From: Octopus sinensis
Taxonomy: Eukaryota
Assembly: GCF_006345805.1 (NCBI RefSeq)
Contig: NC_042998.1
Coordinates: 143,716,001 to 143,780,000, forward strand
Reading direction: 5' to 3'
DNA: 64,000 nucleotides
Part shown: piece after piece, positions 40,382-53,981 of the stretch
How the letters are laid out: the number at the start of each line of letters is the position of its first letter
Numbering within the stretch: position 1 is the first letter of the stretch
The notes under the pieces: model-generated
The model's database searches: none
Told to the model about the DNA's origin: nothing
What the model saw: the letters and a program-made list of their open reading frames with translations, nothing else
Translations under genes and position numbers: made by a program

Positions 40382-40410
40382 TGACTACCGAGTAATGTAA
40401 CATATTGTAT

Positions 40411-40464
<54 letters not shown>

Positions 40465-40716
40465 CACATACATACATACACACACACACGATGACATACA
40501 TATTCATTCTTATGTTTTAGTAGATTCAGACGTGGATACATATTAACCGCTGGTGTAATTCGTCATTGGATAACAGTTTTTTTCTTTCAGACGAATGTGC
40601 GTTCAAGGCACACTCGAGTCATTAGAATAAAAAACTTTGAGACGCCGGTGTTTCAATTGTGTTGTATGCCTCCTCGCCAAAGCAATCCCGGACAAATGAA
40701 ATTAATGCGTGCTTTT

Positions 40717-40772
<56 letters not shown>

Positions 40773-40805
40773 CGTGCGTTGATAAATATGTATATTTGTG
40801 CATAT

Positions 40806-40975
40806 ACGAGGGGTGCTGAAACGTGCCTGGCTTTGGGTAAAAAAAAATACGGGAGGATCAGTTTATGATTTTGCAGGGATACTTCAGTTTTTCTAAGCCC
40901 TGTAAAATAACTCGGAAGGCTGAGCCTCCAACGAGGTCTTTCGTGATACCCTTAAAGCCAGGAACTTTTCAGCTA
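40806..40975. mobile_element. Mariner-like terminal fragment
   Basis: TA-CGAGGGGTGCTGAAA start typical of mariner TIRs. Confidence 0.4.
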
Positions 40976-41102
40976 CAGAAATTATTACAATTTTTCGATG
41001 TTAGGCAATGACTGAGTATTATGTAAGCATATAAGATACTGATTAAACATTTCTTAAATCAGCGTAGATTTCATAATCGTTCTTTAGCACTACCAACATA
41101 AG

Positions 41103-42650
41103 CAGGGCCGACGCTAGGAAGTGCGGGGTCCATTTAAAGATTTGTAGTGGGGCCCTCTGCTCTACAAAAGCTGAAGGTTTATGTTTTATGCTTCATGCAC
41201 TACGCCAGTCCCAGCCAAAAAGCATTGAAAGCTTGAAGTTCCAACCTTAGCAACAATAATATACTAGAACTAGAAAATGTTAATGTTTTATTACAAGTCA
41301 AGATATTTGCTGACATACTGTTTGTGAATAGGTTTTCTAAAAACAGACTTTTTTGTTTTTTTTTATCTGAGAAGTCTTGCAAAATCATTTCAAAGTCAAT
41401 GGTTTTTGTAATATCACTTTCTATAGATAGCATCGCCAAATTATTTAGTTTCTTTTGTGAATTGTTGACCGTAGGCAAGTTTAACCAGTTTTAGTTTTGA
41501 AAAACTTCTTTCACCTGATGCGACTATTACAGGCATTGTTAAGTAGATCTTCAAAGCAATAAAAACATTAGGAAATTCCGTGAATCGATTGTGTGTTGGC
41601 AGGTATTCCAGCGGATATTGAGGCTTAATGGTAGCGAAAGGAAGAAAAGGTTTCAAAACTTCAAGTTCTTTGGCCAACAGATAACCATGCACGTCTTTAG
41701 TTGTTTCAGTAACTACCCCCTCCGTCAGTGCTGTGTTTTAGTGTGGTTTCAGATAAAGTTACTTCAGGGTCTGCAGTGTGCTTCCTAATTTCTGCCTTTT
41801 GTAAGCGCTAGAACTTATTTTAAAATCCAGATAGTTTTACGTGGCTTTTAAGCGCTGAAATCTAGACTCTAAAGACAGAATAGCTTTGTCTAGCACGAAG
41901 TTGAAGCACTGAACATTTTATACTTCTTTCGGGTCATCTACAGTTTCATGTTTTGTGTCGTATAAAAATTTTCTTTTCCTTCTGCGTAATTGCTTTTAAC
42001 TCCGGTGGTAATTCAACAGCTTCAGTCAATTCATTTGCGCCTAATAAGACATCATCAAAACTACACTCTCTATAGATTCTTAACCATGATAAAATCTTTT
42101 CAAATGACTTCATACCTTCATCAATGTCCTTTGTTTTACCCTGTAGTTCCTTGTTTACAAAGTTAACGTTAAAAAGTACTACATGCCAAAGTATCAGAGA
42201 AACTAAAACTTTGTAGTGTTTTGTTGGTTTCCTAAAGATTCTGCTTCTGCTTTTACCTTGGGCTCATCAGTTACCTCAGATACTTCCACGAGCGCATCAC
42301 AAGCTGGTAATGGATAGCTTTAACGCTATCAATCCGTCATTCCCACTTCGTTTCGCTCAAGGATTTCACCGATAAGTCAGGTACGTGTTTCTTAAAAACT
42401 ACCCACTTCTTAGTTGATGATGAGAACAATACGCAGATCCTTTGCAAAATTTCAAAGACTGTTGAAGCGCCCGAGCAACACTTGGTCACATCTCTAAATA
42501 AAAGATTATATTTGAGATATGCACAGACTACAAAGAAAGCTCTTGAAAAATCCTTCAACAGTCTTTCTCGTACTCCAGAGATGTGACCTAGTATGTTACT
42601 ACCGTTGTCATAGCTCTGGCCTCGAATGTCTTTCTTGTATCGGAGGCGAA
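41103..42650 (-). mobile_element. hAT transposon (ZMYM1/Tip100-like transposase) 3' part, degenerate
   Basis: DIRGQSYDNGSN, KSLSETKWE, FPNVFIALKIYLTMPVIVASGERSFSKLKL, LNNLAMLSIESD; terminus CAGGGCCG at 41103. Confidence 0.88.
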
Positions 42651-44261
42651 ACCAGTCGATCTTTATAATGGTTCGGTCACTGATTACGAATATTTTGTTC
42701 TCATTTTTCAACATTAGATAAAACGTTGAGCTTACAGTTATTCCTCTAGGATGATTCATTCTTTAATAAATTAAAATTGTTTTCTGTACCGAAATTTCAT
42801 TGTCTAAATTCTTATAGATACATGACCGTAAATTATTATAATTTTTCAATAATTAGTAATGTTACTTGAGTATTCCGTAACCAAATTAGGTCATCTTTGA
42901 ACTGCAATGATCTTTTGATGTTTCTTACCTTGTTCTGCCTTCATAAGCTCATCAAACTACGGTCAATTACAAACAAAATTCACTTTTTGCTATCGTAGCC
43001 AATGTCATCGACCTTGAAATGGTTTCAGTCACTGATTACAAAAATTCTCCTAATTTTTTTGATATTAGATGTAGTTATTGTGTTTACAGAGGTATGTCCC
43101 TAGAGTTTGTGCGAATAATTCTTTCATAAAATGAAACTATTTTCTTAACCAAGAGATTATTGTGTCAATTTTTCTAAATATTTTCCCGTTAATTAGGAAA
43201 ATTATAATAATTTTTTAGTTTTAGCTAATATTTTTGATTAGATAATACTTGAATACTTCTCTTTTTAGCTATTTGAATCTTCTGATGGCTCTTTGATAAT
43301 TCTGCGTTTATAATTTAATCCAACTACCATTATTTTCCAACAAAAAGTACTCTTCTTTTTAATAGTGGGTAATACCATTGTCGTTTAAAAGTTTTAGTCG
43401 CTCCTCAAGATTAAGTATAATTGTGTTTATAGATGTTTGTCCCTCGTATTTGTTTATAAAATTTTTTTAATAGAATCTAACTGTTTGCTATACAATTCAA
43501 TGAATTGTTTAAATTTTCGGTTGCTAATTACGAAAATTATTATGATATTCAAAATTAGCTTGTTTTTTTTATTCCATAAGCAAATAAAGTATTACCCATC
43601 TCTTTGAATTGCGTGGATCTTAAGATGGTTCTTAGTTCTGCTTTTATAAGCTAATCAAAGTTTCGTCCATTAACAAAAAAAAAATGGACTTTTTTCTTCT
43701 GTCAGAGGCAAAACACATTGATCTTTATAACGATTGGGTCGCTCATTACGAAAATCCTATATTCGTTTGTTACGATTATATATATTTACAATTTTCTGTA
43801 AATTTACAATTTTCTCTGTAGTGTTTGTGTGATTCCTTAACTGAAACTGTTTTCTTTACTGAAACTTGATTATTTCAGTTCTTATAAATACTTTGCCATT
43901 ACTCACGAAAATTATTATAATTTTTCAATATTTGTTAATATTTGGGCGTATTACAAAAGCAAATAAAGTAATACTTGAATCCCCCTCTTAAAGTTACATT
44001 GATCTTACGGTGGTTTTTATTTAGTTCTGCTTTTATGTATATGCTAGTTAAACTTCACTCAATAGTCAAGAAAGTTTAACGTTTTTCTTGTACCGGAGGT
44101 CAAACAAGTTGACCTTTATAACGTTTTAATCACTGATTACGAAAAATTTTACTCGCTTGTAAAGATTTGATAAAGTTATTGTTTTCACAGTAATATCCGT
44201 AGTGTTTAATTGATTGACATCGTTTGCTATTCTGAGATTTGATTTTTTTAAATCTTTTATC

Positions 44262-44625
44262 CGATTCAGTCATTGCACTGCGCCCATACTGGACACCGCC
44301 TTGAAGAATTTTTAGTCGACTGTATCAGCACCAGTACGTTTTGTAAAGTCTGGTACTTATTCTGTCGGGCTCTTTTGCCGAACCGCTAATTTACGGGGAC
44401 GTAAACACACCAGCACTAATTGCCAAGTGATAGTAGTGGGACAAATACGCATGCGCGTACATACATATTTTTACGACTGGCTTCTTTCAGTTTCCGTCTA
44501 CCAAATCCTCTCACAAGGCTTTGGTAGGCCTGAGGCTATAGTAAAAGACATTTGCCCAGTGTGTCACGCGGTGGAACAGAACTCGGAACCAGGTGGTTCT
44601 CTTATCACACAGCCACGCGTGTGCC
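44262..44625 (-). mobile_element. SINE family A copy
   Basis: Head and tail motifs. Confidence 0.85.
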
Positions 44626-45222
44626 TATCTAAATTCTTATAGATACCCGGTCGCAAATTACAAAAGCTTTTCCATTTTCCAGCAATATTTGCTGAGTATT
44701 ACACAAGCAATTAAGGTGATCATGAAACGTCTCTTAGAGCCGCGTGGATCTTAGAACGTTTCTTAGTTATATCTTAATTAGCTAATCAAACTACCGTCAC
44801 TTACCAACGAAATCCAACTTTTCTTTCTATCAAATGGATACCATTGAGCTGTAAAATATTTTGCTCACTGATTACAAAAATCTACTCATTTCTCAAGATT
44901 AGATGACTCTTAATCTTCAGAGTTATGTCTCAGGGTTTTGTGGAAATAATTTTTTAATAAAATGAAACTTTTTTGCTCTATCGTGAGCTGGTTGTTTCAA
45001 TTCTTATAGTTACTTACTCTTTTTACTCTTTTACTTGTTTCAGTCATTTGACTGCGGCCATGCTGGAGCACCGCCTTTAGTCGAGCAAATCGACCCCGGG
45101 ACTTATTCTTTTTTGTAAGCCCAGTACTTATTCTATCGTTCTCTTTTTGCCGAACCGCTAAGTGACGGGGACGTAAACACAACATCATCGGTTGTCAAGC
45201 AATGCTAGGGGGACAAACACAC

Positions 45223-45272
<50 letters not shown>

Positions 45273-45318
45273 ATATATATATATATTAATATATAATATA
45301 TTTTTATTATATAGAAGG

Positions 45319-45369
45319 AGCTTCTACAGGACTAGTACTGTTTCATTCAGAGAAAATCTTCAGGAAGCT
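45319..45369 (-). ncRNA. Type I hammerhead ribozyme
   Basis: rc: AGCTTC-CTGAAGA-ttttctctgaat-GAAA-CAGTACTAGTCCTG-TA-GAAGCT. Confidence 0.8.
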
Positions 45370-45717
45370 ATTTAACAAGAATTGTATTAGCATTTATACA
45401 TTTAGGCAGGTTTAAAGGAGTGGTGGTGGGGGACTTTTTTGGGGGTAGGCATAGCGCAAGATATCATACTTGGGGGAGTGGTCAAGGAGTCAGTGGTAAG
45501 TAGATGAAAGAATAGATAAATAAAAAAATAAAATAAAAAAATAAAAAAAAAAAATAAAAAAAAAAAATAAAAATAAAAAAATAAAAAGTAAAAAATAAAA
45601 ATAAAAAATAAAATAAAAAAATAAAGTGTGTGCACAAACATACATAAACACATATACATACACACACACATACGTACACATGTGTGCCTATACATACCTA
45701 CACATACACATACATAC

Positions 45718-45766
<49 letters not shown>

Positions 45767-46087
45767 ATCAAATACAGGCCCATTCCCTAATTTTAATTTT
45801 ATTATCTTCATTTATTACTTTTGTTATCTTTGATCGCTAGGGCTAAGGATCCTGGCGATGGCAGCATATCCAATGTCTGTCTACTAGAAGGCGAGTACTC
45901 GTTCCCGCACGCACACTCATTAGCACGTACATACACCCATTCGTACACTCATACACATACACGTACGCACGCGTTATATTCATACATACAAACATCTACA
46001 TACGTTCACGTATATACACACACGTACTCGTACCTACAGATTCATGTCTACACTTTAGGAGGCTAGTCTATATATATACACCAATAA

Positions 46088-46143
<56 letters not shown>

Positions 46144-46616
46144 TATACACATACACACACCCACACACATATATATACTCCTACATACAGATACATACCC
46201 ATATATATATACATATACACACACATACATATATACATATAATTATATATACATACATATATATATATATACATACATATATATATATATAATATATATA
46301 TATATACATACATACACACACAACATATATACACACACATACATACACATTATATACATACACAAACATATACACACATATATATATATACATATATACA
46401 CACATACATACACACACCTACATACATATACACACAAACACATACATACGTAAACATACATACATACATCCATACATCCATACTTACATGCATTTATACG
46501 CATACATACACCCCATCTATATATATATATATATACATATATATACACACTCACACATACATATACAAATATATGTATTTGTATTTGTATATGTATGTGT
46601 GAGTGTGTATATATTG

Positions 46617-46671
<55 letters not shown>

Positions 46672-46893
46672 ATATATATAGATGGGGGTGTATGTATGCG
46701 TATAAATGCATGTAAGTATGGATGTATGGATGTATGTATGTATGTTTACGTATGTATGTGTTTGTGTGTATATGTATGTAGGTGTGTGTATGTATGTGTG
46801 TATATATGTATATATATTATGTGTGTATATATGTTTGTGTATGTATATATATGTGTATGTATGTGTGTGTATATATGTGTGTGTGTGTGTATG

Positions 46894-46928
<35 letters not shown>

Positions 46929-47045
46929 TGTATATATATATATATGTATATAGTATGTGTGTGTATATGTATATATATATGGGTATGTATCTGTATGTAG
47001 GAGTAGTATATATATGTGTGGGGGTGTGTGTATGTGTATATGTGT

Positions 47046-47091
<46 letters not shown>

Positions 47092-47822
47092 TTATTGGTG
47101 TATATATATAGACTAGCCTCCTAAAGTGTAGACATGAATCTGTAGGTACGAGTACGTATGTGTATATACGTGAACGTATGTAGATGTTTGTATGTATGAA
47201 TATAACGCGTGCGTACGTGTATGTGTATGAGTGTACGAATGGGTGTATGTACGTGCTAATGAGTGTGCGTGCGGGAACGAGTACTTGCCTTCTAGTAGAC
47301 AGACAATTGGACATGCTGCCATCGCCTGGATCCTTAGCCCTAGCGATCAAAGATAACAAAAGTAATAAATGAAGATAATAAAATTAAAATTAGGGAATGG
47401 GCCTGTATTTGATTGTGTATATATATATATATATTATATATATTATATATTATATATATTATATATAATATGTATTATATATATATATGTATGTATGTGT
47501 GTATGTGTAGGTATGTATAGGCACACATGTGTACGTATGTGTGTGTGTATGTATATGTGTTATGTATGTATGTGCACACACTTTATTTTTTTATTTTTTT
47601 ATTTTTTATTTTTTATTTTATTTTTTACTTTTTATTTTTTATTTTTTATTTTTTATTTTTTATTTTATTTTTTTATTTATCTATTCTTTCATCTAACTTA
47701 CCACTGACTCCTTGACCACTCCCCAAGTATGATATCTTGCGATATGCCTACCCCCAAAAAAGTCCCCCACCACTCCTTTAAAACTGCCTAAATGTATAAA
47801 TGCTAATACAATTCTTGTAAAT

Positions 47823-47873
47823 AGCTTCCTGAAGATTTCTCTTGAATGAAACAGTACTAGTCCTGTAGAAGCT
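47823..47873 (+). ncRNA. Type I hammerhead ribozyme
   Basis: AGCTTC-CTGAAGA-tTTCtcttGAAt-GAAA-CAG(tACTAGTc)CTG-TA-GAAGCT; 6-bp stem I, GUA site, palindromic loop III. Confidence 0.82.
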
Positions 47874-50658
47874 CCTTCTATATAATAAATTAATTTTACT
47901 CTGCTATGTATTGAGTACCTTACTTACTGTGGTTAACCCGGATCAACCCGGGACCTACATATATATAATATATATATATATATATCATAATATACGACAG
48001 GCTTCTTTCAGTTTCCGTCTACCAAATCCACTCACAAGGCATTGGTCGGCCCGGGGCTATAGCAGAAGACACTTGCCCAAGATGCCACGCAGTGGGACTG
48101 AACCCGGAACCATGTGGTTGGTTAGCAAGCTACTTACCACACAGCCACTCCTGCGCCTGTACTTGGTCGCTTTTTGTATAAATCATAATAATTTTTCAAT
48201 ATTTGAGAATGTTTTGTCCTATTATGTGAGCAAATAAAGCAAACCAAAAGCTTCTCTTTGTCTCACGTCGATCTTATGATGATCTTTACTTTGTTCTCTG
48301 ACTACATTGGCTAATAAACCTTCGATCAATTACCAACTTTTTAAGCATTGGATGCAAAACCAGTTGATCTTTACAAAGTTTCTTTGCTGATTACAAAAAA
48401 CAAACTCATTTTTTAAGCCTGAATAATGTTATTGAGTTTACAGAATTAGATCCCTATGATTTGTGTAAATGATTCCCTAATCAAATGAAAGTTTTTTTTG
48501 TTCCACCAGAAGGTGATAGTATCAAATTTCATTGGTTTCTGGTCGCTAATTATGAAAATTCTTATGTTTGGCTATTACTTTAGCAAATAAGGTTATACTT
48601 AAACCCCTACTGTTATAGCCGCATTATTGTCTCAGTTTAGTTTTACTTTCATAAGCTTAACAAACTACCAACAATTACCAACAAACTTCAATTTTTATCA
48701 TGTATTGTAGATGAAGCCAATCGATCTTTATAAATTTCGGTCGCGAATTGAAAAATCCTTTTCATTTTACAAAATTAGCTAAAATTATTGAATTTATAGT
48801 GTTATGTGCCAAGGGATTTTGTAAATGATTCCTTAACAAAATGAAACTCTTTGCCGTGCCAGATGATTATGTCAACTTTTATAAATACTTGGTCGCTAAT
48901 AAGGTAATAATTGAACTTTCTTAGAAATGCAGGGATCTTATGTTGCTTCTTATTTAGTTGTGTCTTCATGGTGTTATATGCGAGATAAATGTTTGGAGAG
49001 CACAGGATACAAAAATTAATGAAAAAATAAACAAATAAAAGAATTCTGTGGAATCTTGATTTCACATCTATATACTTAGGAACTGATATATGCATTAAAA
49101 GAAGTTGTGGTTTTATCACGGAGCAGCTCTGCTCAGCAGATTTACGATCAAAGATTTTTCCACCTGTGAAAATACTCGAGCATAATTACTTCTATTTATA
49201 AAACTGTATGGGTATGATTCGAGAAAAACTTGTCTACTATTTTCAGCAGATTAAACGACTACATAGAGACTCTTTCGTTGGTTATAGTATTAAATATATT
49301 GGCCCTAGAAATGCTAGCATAAGATTTGAACTCATAGCCCATATGTTAATTTAATATTTCAATCATTCTTGCAATTCGTTTCTTCATAAAGTGGATCTCC
49401 ATCAGTTTCGACGATGAGTATTCATTTGTTCGATCAACTCAACAATCGATTCATTGAGTAAACATGGAAGTGGTTGAGTATTTCACGGACACTGAAAGTG
49501 ATTCTCAGAATTAACGTGACACAGTGTGTGATAAGGCTGGATCCTTGAATTACAAGTACAATCCATCCGACAGCTTCTGCACAGTCTCCGTCCCATTGCA
49601 CTGCAACTTGGACAAATGTTTTCTACAATGGTATTGCAAAGACACCTTCCCACAATGCTACACAACAGGATCGGACCTGTGACCTCATGAGTGACAGGCA
49701 AACTTCTTAAATGACACTGGGGCCTGATTCCACGCAGAGCGATCGAACCAGGTATGTAACGACTGCGAGACGAACTCGTTAACCATTCGACCATGCAGCG
49801 ATATCGTCAGTTGCTGATTAATAAATGTTACATGATTTACTTGGCTTTCAAAGTCTGCTCGAACGATGTTTTAAGAGAGTAACGTGACCGGCTGTAGTGA
49901 TTTTTAACGAGAATTACTAAAATTTCTCTCTCTCTCTCTCTCTATCTATCTCTTGCTCCTCCTCTCTTTATCTATCTATTTATCTATGTATCTCTCCCTC
50001 CCCACCCCTCTCTCTCTCTCAGGATGCGTCTTCAACTGACAAAATTATATTTCTTAATTAAGTTTTAACTAATTAGTCGCTTTATGTCTAACGATTAAAA
50101 AATATGTCAGCTGTGAAAAGGCCAGTAAAAGGCGAATGAATAATGGTTAGTGGGAGTGAGGCTGGAATATTTACATACAAGCCTCAAATTTGACCTAGTT
50201 TCATGGATAAGATTGACAGTGGATATGCAAGTATGCACGTGTATGTGTGTGTGCGTGCATGTGTGTGTGTAGCATGCGTACGCGTATGTATGTTCACATA
50301 TGTACGCATTATATATGTGTGTACGTATAAGAAATTGTGTGTGTATGAATGTATGTATATAAGTATTTTTTAATCTTTTTTTTTCCTGCAAAATTAATTA
50401 GGTGTTTGAGAGAGAGAGAGCGGGTTATAGGTGTGGTTGGGAATGCATGGAAAGGAATTAGTGAAAGAGAAAATATGTGTGAAATGAAAGAGAGAGAGAG
50501 GGGGTGAATGGCTGAGAGTGGATAGGGAAAAAAAACAAAAAAATTATTCGAAATTAAAATCAAATATAATTATCCGTAGCATATATATATATATATATAT
50601 ACATACAAATTTACTGTTAACAAAGTCGAGATACGTGGCATTCAGTTACTCCATAAAG

Positions 50659-50828
50659 GAAAAATACATTGAACACTGCAAAACGTACACGTAGGACAGA
50701 CACAGAAGGACCCTAATACTTCCTCAGTTAACGACCAAAAATACTAATACCCAGTTTCGTGCCTTTAACGTTAAGACTGGGAACTTCCTGTCCTACGTGA
50801 ACGTCTTATAGTATTTAATGCATTTTTC
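50659..50828. mobile_element. Small MITE-like inverted repeat
   Basis: GAAAAATACATTGAACACTGCAAAACGTACACGTAGGACAG vs CTGTCCTACGTGAACGTCTTATAGTATTTAATGCATTTTTC. Confidence 0.65.
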
Positions 50829-50841
50829 ATATGTGTGTAAA

Positions 50842-51190
50842 TCTATTATAAAAAATCCGTTCTGTCTGTCTGTATGTGTGTCTTCTAGGATCTCGGGCAT
50901 CCTCCATCCGATTGCGCTCAAATTTGATATGTAGATACTGTCAGTATCAGGACATGTATAAGTCTTGAAAAAATTTCAAAAATTGATTCCAGGTGAGAAT
51001 GCGATCAATAAAGCCATGGGAACGTGCATTTGTACGCGCAAGTACATCAGCTGTTGCGATCGATACTGCGCGTACGCGAGAAAAATGCACGGTGTCTCAA
51101 ATTTACGTTAAATCGGTGTTTCTCAAAGGGGTGGCCTATGGGACGGTCGGACAAGTTGTTTTGAGAAAATTTGGTTTAAATGTTTGACAA
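50842..51190 (+). mobile_element. Non-autonomous Helitron-like 5' end
   Basis: A|TCTATTATAAAA start, (TCTG)n, then CATCCGATTGCGCTCAAATTTG, a layout typical of invertebrate Helitron 5' ends. Confidence 0.5.
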
Positions 51191-51228
51191 CTCAGTACCG
51201 TCCATTGGACGTGGGACGTTTTGCTCGT

Positions 51229-51688
51229 TGGTACATTATCAAACTTCTCTTAATTTTACAGTTTGCCATAGAGCATAGTTTGCTGGTTAAATTGACTAAC
51301 ACGTGTTTCTGCTGCACATGCAACCGAGCATAAGTTTCTGTGTACCTTTATTCAAGGTTCTTCAACGGTTCGAAGCGAACTGAGTTTATTTATTTGTGGC
51401 TATTTTAAAATACAAAAAAAAGTGACCGGAGGTTAGCTTAAACCTGATATGGTTGTAAAATTTATCCTTATGCTGACCTTGGTATCTTAAACTAGCCACA
51501 AATATATAAACTCAGTTCACTTCGACCCACGCTAGTTGAAGGACTCTAAATGAAAGTGCACAGAAAATTATATTGGATTATGCGACTGCACATACTCTGT
51601 GCAGCAGAAACACGTGTATGTCAATTTAACTAACAAATTATGCTGTATGACAAACCGTAAAATTAAAGAGAAATTTGATGATGCACCA
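51229..51688. mobile_element. Foldback/long-TIR MITE (~460 bp)
   Basis: TGGTACATTATCAAACTTCTCTTAATTTTAC...ACACGTGTTTCTGCTGCACA mirrored at 51598-51688; inner arms 51370-51405 and 51490-51527 also pair. Confidence 0.8.
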
Positions 51689-52036
51689 GTCTCTGTATTC
51701 TTTATAATTATTTTAAATCTACACTCCGTATAATATTCATAATCCAGGGAAGTGAACACAAAGTTACTCATCAGAAGAATTGCAACGGAATTGCTAATAC
51801 GAAGCGATCATCGACGCTCAATACTACCTGATGCGGTTAGCCTTAACCTAGAACATACCTGAGAGCTACCACGGTAACTGTCTGGATAATTTACCCCTTT
51901 AAACTCACCTTTATATATATTTCAAAAATTTAACAAAAACAACAAACGGAAAATTCGTAGCTAATTCCTCATCTGTCGTCCAAAGCTAACGAACGTACAT
52001 AACAATGACGAAAACAAAACAAACACAAAATAAAAC

Positions 52037-52073
<37 letters not shown>

Positions 52074-52905
52074 ACAACGAAAAAGCCCGTGCAACCGCAA
52101 AACGGACAAGTATGGAGTAACGCGAAGGAAAATGAAAATGTCCTGTAGGACGTGTGTGTGTGTGTGTGACTCATAAGGTCTGTTAGCCAGTTTAATTGCC
52201 GCACATAAGTGAGAGGAGGGAAAGTGGAAGAGAGAGAGAGGCGAAGTTGTGTAGAGGCGATAGGGAATAATCGGAGAAAGAAAGAAAAAAACAAAGAGAT
52301 ACTCTAAAAATAGAAACCGCGGCCGTCATATTTGTAATACTATATCAGATGATTACATCCTCCCCTATAACACAGACAACGCATTGTATCTATACGTATG
52401 TAAAAGCGAAATGGTCGAGTTAAGTGCCACCATCTCGTTGGTCCTACATTATAAACTATTGCAGATATCTTACGTTCAACTTCTTTCTAAGCAAGACTGT
52501 TTAATTTTATACGACTCAGCTTCGCTTGCTTAAAGATTGGGACGGACCACAGCAAGAATAAAGGTCAACAGAACTGGCTGATCAGTCTCATTGATAAATA
52601 CAATGTTAGGGATAGATTTGATCACGAAAGGTCAAAGTGATTTCACTATCACACCGGTGTGTATATATCTGTGGTTAAAAGCTTCATTCCGTGTTTCAAA
52701 ACATTCTGTGTGATGTTTTCTTCCACAAAGAGAAAACTACCTTAAATAACAAATAGATAAAATGAGAAAACAAACATAATGATGTATACTTTATACTTAT
52801 TAAAAGAAATGGATGGAAAACCAAATTGAAAATACATGTATACGCATACACACACACATATATGTCTATATGTATTTCTATATATGTATGTACTTACATA
52901 TACGC

Positions 52906-53061
52906 CGGTTCGGCAAAAGAGACCGATAGAATAAGTACTGGGCTTACAAAAGAATAAGTACCGGGGTCGATTTGCTCGACTAAAGGCGGTGCTCCAGCAT
53001 GGCCGCAGTCAAATGACTGAAACAAGTAAAAGAGTAAAAGAGTAAAAAAGAGTAAAAGAGT
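52906..53061 (+). mobile_element. SINE family A 3' fragment with (AAAAGAGT)n tail
   Basis: Near-consensus tail sequence. Confidence 0.9.
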
Positions 53062-53214
53062 ATATATATAAACTTACATATATACGCATATCACTTTATA
53101 CACGCGCGCGTGTGTGTGTGTAGAAATTGTGCGTACAAATACATGTACGACTGCTACTGTAGTTTAGAGCTCCGCGTAGACTTTCATAATCCATTTTGCT
53201 TGCTGTATTATTTA

Positions 53215-53548
53215 TCTGTTAGACTGCGGCCATGCTGGGGTACCACCTTGAAGAATTTAAGCTGAACGATTCGAACCCAGAATTATTTTAAGCCTCTTAC
53301 TTAGTCTATAGGTCTCTTTCGCCGAACCGCTAGGTTACGGGGACGAAATCAAAAGAAAACCGGTTGGCATGTGGTGGGAAGACGCACATTTTACGGGCTT
53401 CTTTCAGTTTTCGGCTACCAAATTCATTCACAAGGCTTTTGTCGGCCCGAGACTACTGAAAACGCTTGCTCAAGCTGCCATGCAGGGGACTGAACCCAGA
53501 ACCAAGTGGTCCAGAAGCAAACTTCTTACCACACAGCAATGCCCGCCT
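53215..53548 (-). mobile_element. SINE family A copy, diverged
   Basis: Head and tail motifs. Confidence 0.8.
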
Positions 53549-53758
53549 GACCCATGCTTATACTTAGTAAGTTAATTATTAGTAAGAACTACAGACCAAA
53601 TGCAGGGGAAAAAATCTTCTCTGTGTGTAGAGTAAATGGGCATTCGTTCGGTTTCAATGATGACTATTCAGTTGTTCAATTGAGTGAATTAATTTGTAAG
53701 AGATGACAGAGTATTCCTACAGACATGTGTACCCCTGATATAATACATAATTCTCTGA

Positions 53759-53981
53759 ATTCTTTGAAGGCGGCGAGCTGGCAGAAACGTTAGCACGCCG
53801 GGCGAAATACATACCTGTATTTCGTCTGCCGTTACGTTCTGAGTTCAAATTCCGCCGAGGTCGACTTTGCCTTTTGGGGTCGATAAATAAAGTACCAGTT
53901 TCGCACTGGGGTCGATGTAATCGACTTAATCCCTTTGTTTGTCCCCTCTATGTTTAGTCCCTTGTGGGCAATAAAGAAACA
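53759..53981 (+). mobile_element. SINE family B monomer with 17-bp TSD
   Basis: AATACATAATTCTCTGA at 53742-53758 and 53982-53998. Confidence 0.92.

Larger units (their letters stand above)
38877..40400 (+). mobile_element. 5'-truncated Penelope-like element (Naiad-like) with 5' fold-back and 3' HHR
   Basis: Uninterrupted RT-GIY-YIG ORF, ~52-bp inverted duplication at the 5' junction, HHR in the 3' UTR, followed by (TA)n. Confidence 0.92.
45304..47955. mobile_element. ~2.6-kb inverted duplication with outward-facing hammerheads
   Basis: Arm ~45304-46540 is the reverse complement of ~46660-47888; spacer ~120 nt; the right arm continues ~65 nt. Confidence 0.88.
45015..48158 (-). mobile_element. 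SINE family A split by insertion: tail 45015-45225, head 47990-48158
   Basis: Two complementary halves of one young copy separated at the internal (TA)n tract. Confidence 0.85.
42640..48960. repeat. Old diverged satellite, ~355-bp unit (~8 units), interrupted by SINEs and a palindrome
   Basis: GATCTTTATA..GGTCACTGATTACGAA-like motif at ~42658, 43010, 43380, 43720, 44111, 44845, 48366, 48723. Confidence 0.75.
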
